From: Bacteroidota bacterium
GTDB lineage: Bacteria > Bacteroidota > Ignavibacteria > Kapaibacteriales > UBA2268
Reading direction: 5' to 3'
NCBI GenBank assembly: GCA_021780815.1
Contig: JAJXYC010000015.1
Coordinates: 273,796-337,795, forward strand
Length of the DNA stretch: 64,000 nucleotides
The notes under the pieces were generated by a model. The model ran no database searches. It was not told the origin of the DNA and worked only from the letters and a program-made list of their open reading frames with translations. The translations under genes were made by a program, and so were the position numbers. This document shows, in pieces, positions 42,501-50,172 of the stretch (the first letter of the stretch is position 1; the number at the start of each line of letters is the position of its first letter).

Positions 42501-42776
42501 CTTTATGCTCCTGATGGTAAAGATGCCATAGAGATAATCAAGACAACAAAAGATATTGCTCTAATTTTGATGGATATCAGGATGCCAATTATTAATGGAT
42601 TAGAAGCAACAAAGCAAATTAAAGCAATCAATCCAGAAATCCCAATTATTGCTCAAACAGCTTACGCATATAGCGAGGAAAAGGAAAAAGTATTGGCTAT
42701 CGGTTGCGATGATTATTTAGCTAAGCCAATTGAAAAAGAGACATTAGAAAAAATGATGAAAAAATATTTGCAATAA
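39546..42776 (+). CDS. Hybrid sensor histidine kinase/response regulator with N-terminal 5TM (LytS-type) sensor region and multiple PAS domains
   Basis: There are about 5-6 N-terminal TM helices and at least 4 PAS-like segments. The HisKA H-box SHEIRTPLNGI is followed by an HATPase_c domain (G-boxes GLGLSICKG). A C-terminal receiver domain (VLIVEDD...MDIRMP) is present. Confidence 0.85.
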   Translation: MFIIQIIYNIGFLISLSILSIFLDKKFDKNTYLGQIIQGTLFGLVTVFGMMNPFILSQGVIFDGRTIVLSLVSLFFGGFAGIIAGAIALIYRLIIGGAGLYMGIWNIVVPVFVGWLYFKILKKQSKKINEGRLYLMGLIVHILFILSIILLPSNFSHLVFVTVIFTVFVVYPIGTVIIGKILLVEQENYSFIKYLKNEKDNLAITINSIGDGVIATDYDGNVVLMNPVAEKLTGWKLNEAFGKPLSSIFNIINALTRKAVENPVNRVVQTGKIIGLANHTVLINKNGTEFQIADSASPIIDNSGSINGIVLVFSDVTDKYIIQEKLKESEVVFRRLFEASVDPILLLNDIGFIDCNEATLKLLGYENKSDFLNKQPWEISPELQPDGTPSFDKAIQMIRKAIDEGYNIFEWVHNKKNGNEVIVDVMLTPIILDGNQLFYTTWRDITNRKKTEIELRESEQKFRDIFEKHSAIEFLIEADTGNIVDVNESAIKFYGYTYEQFLKMNITDINILHQEQIHSKMDLVQKGQKNNFEFKHRLANGKIIDVQVFSSTIKIKDKNYLHSIITNISDRKEAEKNLKLLHQAVEQSPIIIVITDVDGKIQYVNPKFTEITGYTFEEAFGQKPNVLKSGIYTTEFYEDLWRTILSGNIWQKELMNKKKDGTSYWENVLISPILDEENNIVNFIKIGEDVTEKKKIIEEVIFAKQKAEESERLKTAFLQNMSHEIRTPLNGIIGFANLLNQKDLSSKDIYEFTSIIQTSSKRLLEIVNNVLDMSKIQTGQIKINETTFSLNSLLHTLFSLFQLIAEGKGIKLKFSTYLADTLSRIISDETKIHQILSNLINNAIKFTKKGEVEFGYEIKEHNIQFYVKDTGIGIPPEMQEKIFERFVQAEMGVTREFEGAGLGLSICKGLVEILGGKIWLESELNKGTTIYFTLPYKTDNGNNEIKNISEQTTMDKLSKTVLIVEDDFTSYLYLRIILEDMGINSLYAPDGKDAIEIIKTTKDIALILMDIRMPIINGLEATKQIKAINPEIPIIAQTAYAYSEEKEKVLAIGCDDYLAKPIEKETLEKMMKKYLQ

Positions 42777-42803
42777 TTTTTGAAATATTTTTGCAAATAT
42801 TTC

Positions 42804-42842
42804 AAAAAAAAATGGCTGTCTTGTAAGGCAACCATTTTTTTT
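42804..42842. terminator. Imperfect bidirectional hairpin between the convergent histidine kinase and cytochrome genes
   Basis: The sequence is A8-aatggctgtcttgtaaggcaaccatt-T8. Confidence 0.45.
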
Positions 42843-42865
42843 GTGTTTTTATATATGAAAAAGTA

Positions 42866-43972
42866 TTACACTATGTTCATCTTAATTGTTCCTAAATAAG
42901 GTCCTGCAATCATACGGCAGAAATAAACTCCTGGTACCAAACGTTTACCTTCGTCATCCATACCATTATAAGTAATTGAATAAGTTCCAGGTTGATATAA
43001 TTCATAATCTATTAAAGTAGCGAACACATCACCACGCATATCATAAACTTCAATTTGAACTTTTTCTTCTTTCGGAATAGAGAATTGAATTGTTGTACTA
43101 CCAGAGAATGGATTAGGATAATTTTGCATAATTTTATATTCGCTTGTACTCTTATTCATATTTTCAATAACACCAGAAGTATGTGGATTTGGGTGGCAAG
43201 TTGAACATTCCATATGAGTAAATACATTTGCTTGTCCCGAAGAACCATGACAAGATAAACAACCATTAACTCCATCAGTATCTTTAAATGTAGCAACAAA
43301 AGTTTTATTGAAATATGCATTAAGAATTTCAACAGTTTTAGCGGCAATATCACCAACTATTCTAGAACAACGTTCTTTACGCTCTGTATCTCCTGTTTTT
43401 TTCTTTGCAACAAAGCACCATTGACTCACTGATGGGTGACATAAAGGGCTACCTGAAACATTGCTTACTAATGGGTCGTTATATTTTTGTACAGTATATT
43501 TTCCTTGAACTGCAAAATCATTTGCAGTTTGAGTAGGCATACTTTCAGTCATATAATAACCCCAAAGTTCATTAATTAAAGCAGTGGAATCGTTTTTATT
43601 AACACACAAACTAATCATAGCTGCACCACCATTTAAAGTACCGCATAAAGTACCCCAAGAAGCACCGCCGCCACGTCCGTAAAGTACAACTTCCATTGGA
43701 ATATTAGTCCAAGGAGCACCTACTGCTTTTTGAAGCAATGTTAATAATGCTCCAAAAACACCTGACGAACAATCTTTATCATTCCAATAAAGGTCATGAC
43801 CAATAATTCTTGCTTGGTCCGGATCTAAAATAGCATAAGTCCATGGCCATGGATAAGTATCGTCTGCAAATATTTTAGTGGCATTCATTCCTGCTACACC
43901 AATTGCAGCACCAAGAGCTATTTTGCCTCCATTTTTTAAAAATTCTCTTTTTGATATTGTAGTAAGTTCCAT
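42866..43972 (-). CDS. Exported Cys-rich protein with two CxxCH heme-c binding motifs and a T9SS C-terminal sorting domain; Tat-like (KR) signal
   Basis: The N-terminus is SKREFLKNGGKIALGAAIGVAGMNA. Heme-binding motifs CLSCH and CSTCH are present. A C_GCAxxG-like segment (LCGTLNGGA) is present. The C-terminal CTD (GVYFCRMIAGPYLGTIKMNIV) is of the Por-secretion type. Confidence 0.6.
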   Translation of the reverse strand: MELTTISKREFLKNGGKIALGAAIGVAGMNATKIFADDTYPWPWTYAILDPDQARIIGHDLYWNDKDCSSGVFGALLTLLQKAVGAPWTNIPMEVVLYGRGGGASWGTLCGTLNGGAAMISLCVNKNDSTALINELWGYYMTESMPTQTANDFAVQGKYTVQKYNDPLVSNVSGSPLCHPSVSQWCFVAKKKTGDTERKERCSRIVGDIAAKTVEILNAYFNKTFVATFKDTDGVNGCLSCHGSSGQANVFTHMECSTCHPNPHTSGVIENMNKSTSEYKIMQNYPNPFSGSTTIQFSIPKEEKVQIEVYDMRGDVFATLIDYELYQPGTYSITYNGMDDEGKRLVPGVYFCRMIAGPYLGTIKMNIV

Positions 43973-44480
43973 ATTTTATAATCCTCCAAAAAAAATGTAA
44001 TTTTTATAAAAACAAAAATAAAATAATGATTTTAAATAACAATGATAATTATTAAAAATTAATTATTTATGTAATCTTAAAATATTTTATAGTCAATTTT
44101 AAATCAATTCATTTAGTTGAATAAATGTATTTCTTTGTATTTAAACAAATTAAATTATTTAAATATATCCATTCAAAAAATAGTAAAAGTCATTATTTAT
44201 TTAAATTTTATTAAAATTAAATAATAAATTAATTTTATAATACTCTTTAATTATTAAAATTAATTAATTGATAATTTAAAAATATAAAAAATTTCAACCA
44301 TTATTTTCACATATTATATTAGAAATAGTTGAGTATTGCTCTTAAATCAACCTTTGCAAAATATTAATAAGATAAATTAAAAAGTCAAACAAATTTTTAA
44401 TATTTTTTTTAACAATTTTTTGTAGTTTGGAAAAAAAATATTAAATTGCTTTTTTCTTTGTTAAAAATTCTGGGGGGAAA

Positions 44481-44912
44481 ATGCAAAGAATTGAAATCAT
44501 ATCAAATGATTCAGTCCAAGAAAATGATATTTTATTACCACTTTACAGTATGAGTGTATCGGCGGGAATTCCTTTACCTGTTGAAGAGGATATTGAAGAT
44601 GAAATTGATTTAAACTCATTTTTGATTCAGCACCCAAATTCTACATTCTTCGCCAAAGTAATTGGAGATGCAAAAAATTTTGAAGGAATTCGAGATGGAG
44701 ATTTACTTATAGTAGATTCATTTTGTCGTCCAGAAGATGGGAAATTAATTCTGGTGCAAATAAACCACCATCTTGCAATTCGTCGTTATAGAGTTTTTGA
44801 AGGGACTGAATACTTTGAAACTCCTTTAGGACAATTTATCCCGATTCAATCTAATTTTTTTGATACTTTAGATTTCATTGGTGTGGTGAGGCATTTAATA
44901 CATTCTTATTAG
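44481..44912 (+). CDS. UmuD-like S24 peptidase-fold protein that keeps the Ala-Gly cleavage site but lacks the catalytic Ser and Lys (pseudo-peptidase)
   Basis: The product aligns along its whole length with E. coli UmuD. [39 protein letters not shown] corresponds to [39 protein letters not shown]. The nucleophile GDSM is replaced by GDAK and the general-base Lys position reads R (LAIRRYRV). The cleavage-site context [10 protein letters not shown] is retained. Confidence 0.7.
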   Translation: [143 protein letters not shown]

Positions 44913-45001
44913 TTTTTTATTGATATATATATTTTTTATTTTGTTGTGCTTAATGGCACAATATTTGTTATTCTCTTATATAAAATTAATTTAAAAACAG
45001 T

Positions 45002-45430
45002 ATGAAAGCAACACCAAAAGGCAAAATTAGACAAAAATACGGATTTGAAGCTCCTCTTATTCCTGCTAAAACTACAAAGAATAAGGATTATGAAATTTCT
45101 TTGCAAAGTTTGAATGAGAAGTTTAATATTTATAATTTATTAAAAGGCAATCCCCGAGATTATTATTTGGTGCGTGTAAATGGTGAAAGTATGATAAATA
45201 TCGGTATTAACGATGGTGATACTTTAATTGTTAATGCTAACAAACAACCTCAAAACGATAGTATTGTTATTGCCTCATTAAATGGAGAAATGCTTGTCAA
45301 AACATTAAAATTAATTGATGGTAAAATTTATTTAATAGCACAAAATGATAAATTTCTACCAATTGAAATTTTCCCAGAAGAACATTTCCAAATCAAAGGA
45401 ATTGTAGAGTTTGTAATACACAATTTATAA
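45002..45430 (+). CDS. UmuD-like S24 peptidase with intact Ser/Lys dyad but non-canonical cleavage-site region
   Basis: VRVNGESMINIGINDGDTLIVNA carries the Ser nucleophile and GEMLVKTLKL carries the Lys. The N-terminal region (QKYGFEAPLIPA) has Tyr rather than Ala/Cys before the Gly. No HTH domain is present. Confidence 0.7.
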   Translation: MKATPKGKIRQKYGFEAPLIPAKTTKNKDYEISLQSLNEKFNIYNLLKGNPRDYYLVRVNGESMINIGINDGDTLIVNANKQPQNDSIVIASLNGEMLVKTLKLIDGKIYLIAQNDKFLPIEIFPEEHFQIKGIVEFVIHNL

Positions 45431-45480
45431 CTCAAATTCATATTGGTATTTGTATTATTTATATTAACAAAATAAGAGAT

Positions 45481-47373
45481 TTAATCTGCGTTGTTTTTGA
45501 AATAATCCAAAATTTGATTTGTATCTTTTTCAGAAACTATTTCTTTTAATTGCTCAAAATTTGCTTGCCGAATTTGCTTGACAGAGCCAAAATGCTTAAT
45601 CAGTTTTTCAGACTTCTTTTTTCCAATACCTTGGATTTCTTCAATTTGAGTATGAATAATTCTTTTTTCACGTAATTTGCGATGATAAGTAATAGCAAAT
45701 CTATGTGCTTCATCTCGTATCTGCTGTAATAACCGCAAGCTACTTGAACTTTTGGGTAAAATCAAAGAATCAGATTTTTCTGGGAAGAAAATTTCTTCTA
45801 ATCTTTTTGCAAGACCTATAATTGTAATTTTGTTTTGAATTTGCAATTCATTAAGAACTTCCCAAGCAGCAGAAAGTTGCCCTTTTCCCCCATCAATAAC
45901 AATCAAATCAGGAAGTTGAGATTTTTCACTTAAAAGTCGTGTATACCTTCTCATTACAACTTCTTTCATAGTAGCAAAATCATCATTCTTATTCACTGTT
46001 TCATTCTTGAATTTTCTATAATCGGATTTCTTCGGCTTACCATTTTCAAAAACAACTAATGAAGAAACCAAGTCAGAACCTTGAATATGCGAATTATCAA
46101 AACATTCCATTCTTACAGGTGCTTTATTTAAATGTAAATCTCTTTGTAAAGAAAGAACAGCTTTGGAAATAATTTTTTCTCTACTTTCTAAAGCGGCAAT
46201 ATGGTCTTGCAATATCAATTCAGCATTAGAATTAGCCATCTCAATTAATTTACGCTTTTCTCCAATTTGTGGTATACTAACATTAACTTGTGATTTAAAC
46301 TTTTTTTTCAGCCAATCTGTAATATACTCTAAATCTTCTGGTTCAGTAGGTAAAAATATCTCGTTAGGTAAGAACTCATTATTGATATACCAATTTTCAA
46401 TAGTTTTTTGGATAATTTCACTGCTATCTGCTTGCAACAAGTTTTTAATAATAAAATGTTTTCTCCCGAGCAGTTTCCCTTCCCGTACAGTAAAAATTAC
46501 TGTGCATACAAAATCATCTAATGCTGCCATTCCAAACACATCTCTATTTTTTAAATCTGTTGAAACGATTTTTTGATTTGATGAAAAGTCTTTTAATACA
46601 TATAATTTATCTCTAATTTCTTTGGCTTCTTCGAACTTCATTTCTTCTGCTAATTTATCCATTTGACTTTCAATAAACTTTTCTACTTCCTTTGTTTTCC
46701 CAAGCAAAATTTGAATACCTTTTTTTATATTTTCATTATATTGCTCTTGTGAAATATAACTTACGCAAGGTGCTTGACATTTATGAATATGATAATCTAA
46801 ACATACTTTAAATTTATCTTTTTGAATGCTGTCTTTGGTCAATTTTAAATTACAACTTCTCACATAAAACAAGCTTCTGATAATTTTTAACATATTTTTC
46901 ATTAATCGCAAATCGGTATAAGGTCCAAAATATTTCGCACCATCTTTAACTAACCTACGAGTAGAAAAAATTTTAGGGAACTCTTCGTTTGTTACTTTAA
47001 TATAAGGAAAAGTCTTATCATCTTTAAGCAAGATATTATATTTTGGTTTATATTTCTTAATTAAATTATCTTCAAGAATAAAAGCTTCATTTTCAGTATC
47101 TACAACTATATAATCAAAATCGACAATATGCGAAACCATTGCCTTAGTTTTAGCATCTACAAGTCTTCCCTGCTGAAAATATGATTTAATCCTATTTCGC
47201 AAATTTTTTGCTTTTCCAACATAGATAATTTTATTATCTTTATTTTTATGTAAATACACTCCCGGTTTAGTTGTTAAATTCTTAATTTTTTCTAAAAGTT
47301 GATTGCTAATTCCTTCTATGAATTCGATTTTTTCTTCTAAAAGAGATTGCTTGATATTATTAGGAATTTCCAT
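45481..47373 (-). CDS. uvrC: Excinuclease ABC subunit C
   Basis: The GIY-YIG N-terminus PGVYLHKNKDNKIIYVGKAKNLRNRIKSYF is present. A UvrBC-interaction region, an RNaseH-like endonuclease domain and a C-terminal HhH (IQGIGKKKSEKLIKHFGSV) follow. Confidence 0.9.
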   Translation of the reverse strand: MEIPNNIKQSLLEEKIEFIEGISNQLLEKIKNLTTKPGVYLHKNKDNKIIYVGKAKNLRNRIKSYFQQGRLVDAKTKAMVSHIVDFDYIVVDTENEAFILEDNLIKKYKPKYNILLKDDKTFPYIKVTNEEFPKIFSTRRLVKDGAKYFGPYTDLRLMKNMLKIIRSLFYVRSCNLKLTKDSIQKDKFKVCLDYHIHKCQAPCVSYISQEQYNENIKKGIQILLGKTKEVEKFIESQMDKLAEEMKFEEAKEIRDKLYVLKDFSSNQKIVSTDLKNRDVFGMAALDDFVCTVIFTVREGKLLGRKHFIIKNLLQADSSEIIQKTIENWYINNEFLPNEIFLPTEPEDLEYITDWLKKKFKSQVNVSIPQIGEKRKLIEMANSNAELILQDHIAALESREKIISKAVLSLQRDLHLNKAPVRMECFDNSHIQGSDLVSSLVVFENGKPKKSDYRKFKNETVNKNDDFATMKEVVMRRYTRLLSEKSQLPDLIVIDGGKGQLSAAWEVLNELQIQNKITIIGLAKRLEEIFFPEKSDSLILPKSSSSLRLLQQIRDEAHRFAITYHRKLREKRIIHTQIEEIQGIGKKKSEKLIKHFGSVKQIRQANFEQLKEIVSEKDTNQILDYFKNNAD

Positions 47374-47393
47374 AGATTAAAAAATAATTATAT

Positions 47394-47807
47394 CTAAAAT
47401 GCTCTCCATTTGGGAACTACAAAGTTAGGTTCCTCTATATAAACTTTACCGTTCATTTCCATAATGTTAAAGGTTTGGAGACTCTTAATTCCAACTTCTT
47501 GATTAATGTTTTCACCTGTTTGCAAAAGATAAGTCCACCCGTGTTCAGGGCAAGTGACAGTCCCATCTTTAATAAAACCTTCAAAAATTCTATCAATATG
47601 TTTATGTGGGCAGATATTAGATAAGCAATATAAATTATTATTTACATAAAAGACTGCAACTTGGTAATCAAAATCCTCCCCTAATTGAACTTTTATGCCT
47701 TTATTTTTAACTAGAACTTCAATATTTACAATTTCCCAAAAAACTTTATTGTCATATTGTATTTTGGGAAAATCATAGAAGCCAAGATTATCAATATTTT
47801 TTTCCAT
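47394..47807 (-). CDS. Rieske [2Fe-2S] domain protein (NirD-like small ferredoxin subunit)
   Basis: The CPH and CPEHG cluster-binding motifs are present. Confidence 0.7.
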   Translation of the reverse strand: MEKNIDNLGFYDFPKIQYDNKVFWEIVNIEVLVKNKGIKVQLGEDFDYQVAVFYVNNNLYCLSNICPHKHIDRIFEGFIKDGTVTCPEHGWTYLLQTGENINQEVGIKSLQTFNIMEMNGKVYIEEPNFVVPKWRAF

Positions 47808-47810
47808 AGA

Positions 47811-48239
47811 TTAATGAGGAATTTTAAAAACTAATCTAAAACAAGTGCCTTCACTACTTGTAGAAATTTCAAATTTATCAGATAAGCTTTGCATAATGAA
47901 AATACCACGGCCACTATCTTTCAATAGATTTTCTTCTTTCGTGCAATCTTCTAATTCATCAGGGTCAAATCCGCCGCCTTCATCTTGAACAACAATATCT
48001 AACAATTCATTCATATAAGTAACTTCAAATTTTACTTTTTTATTTATTTGGTAATGATTCCCGTGAGAAATTGCATTGTTAATTGCTTCTGTGATTGCTA
48101 CCAAAATATTAAAATAGCTATCTTTAGAAATATTAAATCTATTTCTAATTTTTTCAATAATATTTTCAGCTATGTCTAAAGAAGATTGTTCGCTTGGTAA
48201 TATTACTTTCTCATTATAATAATTTTCTTCCATTAGCAA
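47811..48239 (-). CDS. RsbW/SpoIIAB-like anti-sigma-factor serine kinase (HATPase_c)
   Basis: The N-box AITEAINNAISHG and the G-box VQDEGGGFD are present, and the product is 142 aa. Confidence 0.65.
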   Translation of the reverse strand: MLMEENYYNEKVILPSEQSSLDIAENIIEKIRNRFNISKDSYFNILVAITEAINNAISHGNHYQINKKVKFEVTYMNELLDIVVQDEGGGFDPDELEDCTKEENLLKDSGRGIFIMQSLSDKFEISTSSEGTCFRLVFKIPH

Positions 48240-48248
48240 TAATTTAAA

Positions 48249-50162
48249 TTATAAATTAATATTGACTAAAATTGATAAATTTGCTACTTCTCTTTTAGTT
48301 CCTTGATTAATCGTTTGAAATTCATACCAACCATTCAAATTTAAGGTGTAATTCTTATAGACGTAATTAATTATAATTTCAGGTGCAAGTGATTTTAATT
48401 GATAATTATTGCTATTATTGAATAAAGTCGTTTGAAAATAGTTAAAATATTTGCAACCTGCTCCAACTGATACATCTTGACTAAAATTCCTCTTTAAAAT
48501 GCTATTAATATATATTTCATAAATACCGTTCTGAGGAGATTCACTAAAATCGTGCCAATATAATATACTTCTTGTACTATATTTAAAACTTAAATTATTT
48601 TCTGAAACAATCAAATCACTTAATGCAATACTAATTGAATCTAAATAAGATATTTGCCTAAAACTAATACTTTTTAAGCTACTATAATTATTTTCATAAT
48701 CATAAATAGTATAATTTGCGAGAACTTCTGCTTTCGGATTCATAGAAAATCCATTTAAATTAAAATGAATTTGTGGCGAAAATCTATAAATAATATTCCA
48801 ATTATTCAAAGAACTTCTTTCGCTGAATATATAAACTGTATGCGCCTTATCGTTTTCAAAATCGACGGTAAAATTAAGATTTTCCGAAAATTTGTGGTAG
48901 TATTTTAAATTTAAAATACTATTAAATTCATCTCGGTCATCATAATTTAATTGGCTGGGAGTATCATATTTAAAAATCTGAACATTGTAAATTCCAATAA
49001 AAAATGATTTACTATCCATTTGGAATTTTGTGTTAGATAAAAAAATTAGTTTAGATGAATTGTTATCCCTTTGAGATTCAATAGATTGATATTTCTCAAA
49101 ATCACTTGAATTTGAAGGAAAATTCTGATAAAGCAAATTGCTTTCATTCCTTGATGAACCATCCAATTCAAAGTTTTGATGTAATTTACCAATTTGAAAA
49201 CTTGTTCCCGAATTAACATCTAATTCAAATTGCTGAGCTTGACGAATATAAGAAGAATAAGGTATATCAGCTAAATAATTTTTATACTGTCGGGATACAT
49301 TAACCGTATTCAAATTGATATTCGCATATATATTAATTTTTGGCATAATTTGATAATTAATATTTAAATTAGCTGCTAAATCCTTTTCATTTCGCATCTC
49401 TATTGGTAAGATATCTTCTTGAAACGAATAGGACAAAAGATCGTTTTGTAAATTTTTATATGAAATATCAACATTATAATTTGTAGAATCATTGAAATCT
49501 TTAAATATCTTAAAGAAAGCAAAAATATCATTGTTCTTCCTATTTTCATTCAAAGACAAAAAGTTCCCATTGATTTGCGAGTAAATATTAACGTTTTCAT
49601 AGTTTAAGTTATTCACTAATGAATTGAAGGAAATTAATTTCCCATTTGAATGCAAATTTAATTGGTTGTTGTCCTCAATTCCATATAGACCAGACACTGT
49701 AAAGATATTTTGATACATATATTTCAAGCCGGCCGCACCGTTTAATCTCATTAATTGATTTATCCCGATATTTCGGCTATCAGAAGAAAATATCCAATTA
49801 TTTTGAAAAATAAAATTAAAATTATACAAAATAGGCTTCTCATATTTAAAATTCCAAACTTCATCATCACGAAAAGGGTTATCCTCAACTTTCAAACTAC
49901 TCCCTTGATAATTTTGAGATAGTTCGAAAGTCCCAAAATCATTTGTCTCTTGGTAATATACTGAATTTATCAATGTGAAGATATTAGCAAATTTGGAGAA
50001 ATTAGTTTGAAAATGATTGTTTGGTAAATTAAACAGTTTGTTAGTATATAAAAGAGAATCTGGCTGATAATTTGATAAATCATTAGAATATGACGAAAGA
50101 GTTAGTACTATCAAGATTAATGATGATTTTAAAATATTAAGCAATATTTTCATCTTTATCAT
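48249..50162 (-). CDS. Hypothetical N/Y-rich outer-membrane protein (predicted beta-barrel)
   Basis: The product has a signal peptide and amphipathic beta-strand periodicity. No recognisable enzymatic motif is present. Confidence 0.4.
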   Translation of the reverse strand: MIKMKILLNILKSSLILIVLTLSSYSNDLSNYQPDSLLYTNKLFNLPNNHFQTNFSKFANIFTLINSVYYQETNDFGTFELSQNYQGSSLKVEDNPFRDDEVWNFKYEKPILYNFNFIFQNNWIFSSDSRNIGINQLMRLNGAAGLKYMYQNIFTVSGLYGIEDNNQLNLHSNGKLISFNSLVNNLNYENVNIYSQINGNFLSLNENRKNNDIFAFFKIFKDFNDSTNYNVDISYKNLQNDLLSYSFQEDILPIEMRNEKDLAANLNINYQIMPKINIYANINLNTVNVSRQYKNYLADIPYSSYIRQAQQFELDVNSGTSFQIGKLHQNFELDGSSRNESNLLYQNFPSNSSDFEKYQSIESQRDNNSSKLIFLSNTKFQMDSKSFFIGIYNVQIFKYDTPSQLNYDDRDEFNSILNLKYYHKFSENLNFTVDFENDKAHTVYIFSERSSLNNWNIIYRFSPQIHFNLNGFSMNPKAEVLANYTIYDYENNYSSLKSISFRQISYLDSISIALSDLIVSENNLSFKYSTRSILYWHDFSESPQNGIYEIYINSILKRNFSQDVSVGAGCKYFNYFQTTLFNNSNNYQLKSLAPEIIINYVYKNYTLNLNGWYEFQTINQGTKREVANLSILVNINL

Positions 50163-50172
50163 AATCCAAGAA

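Noticed and set aside
46163-46576. A 137-aa plus-strand ORF inside uvrC
   Set aside because: It is antisense to the confident uvrC CDS.
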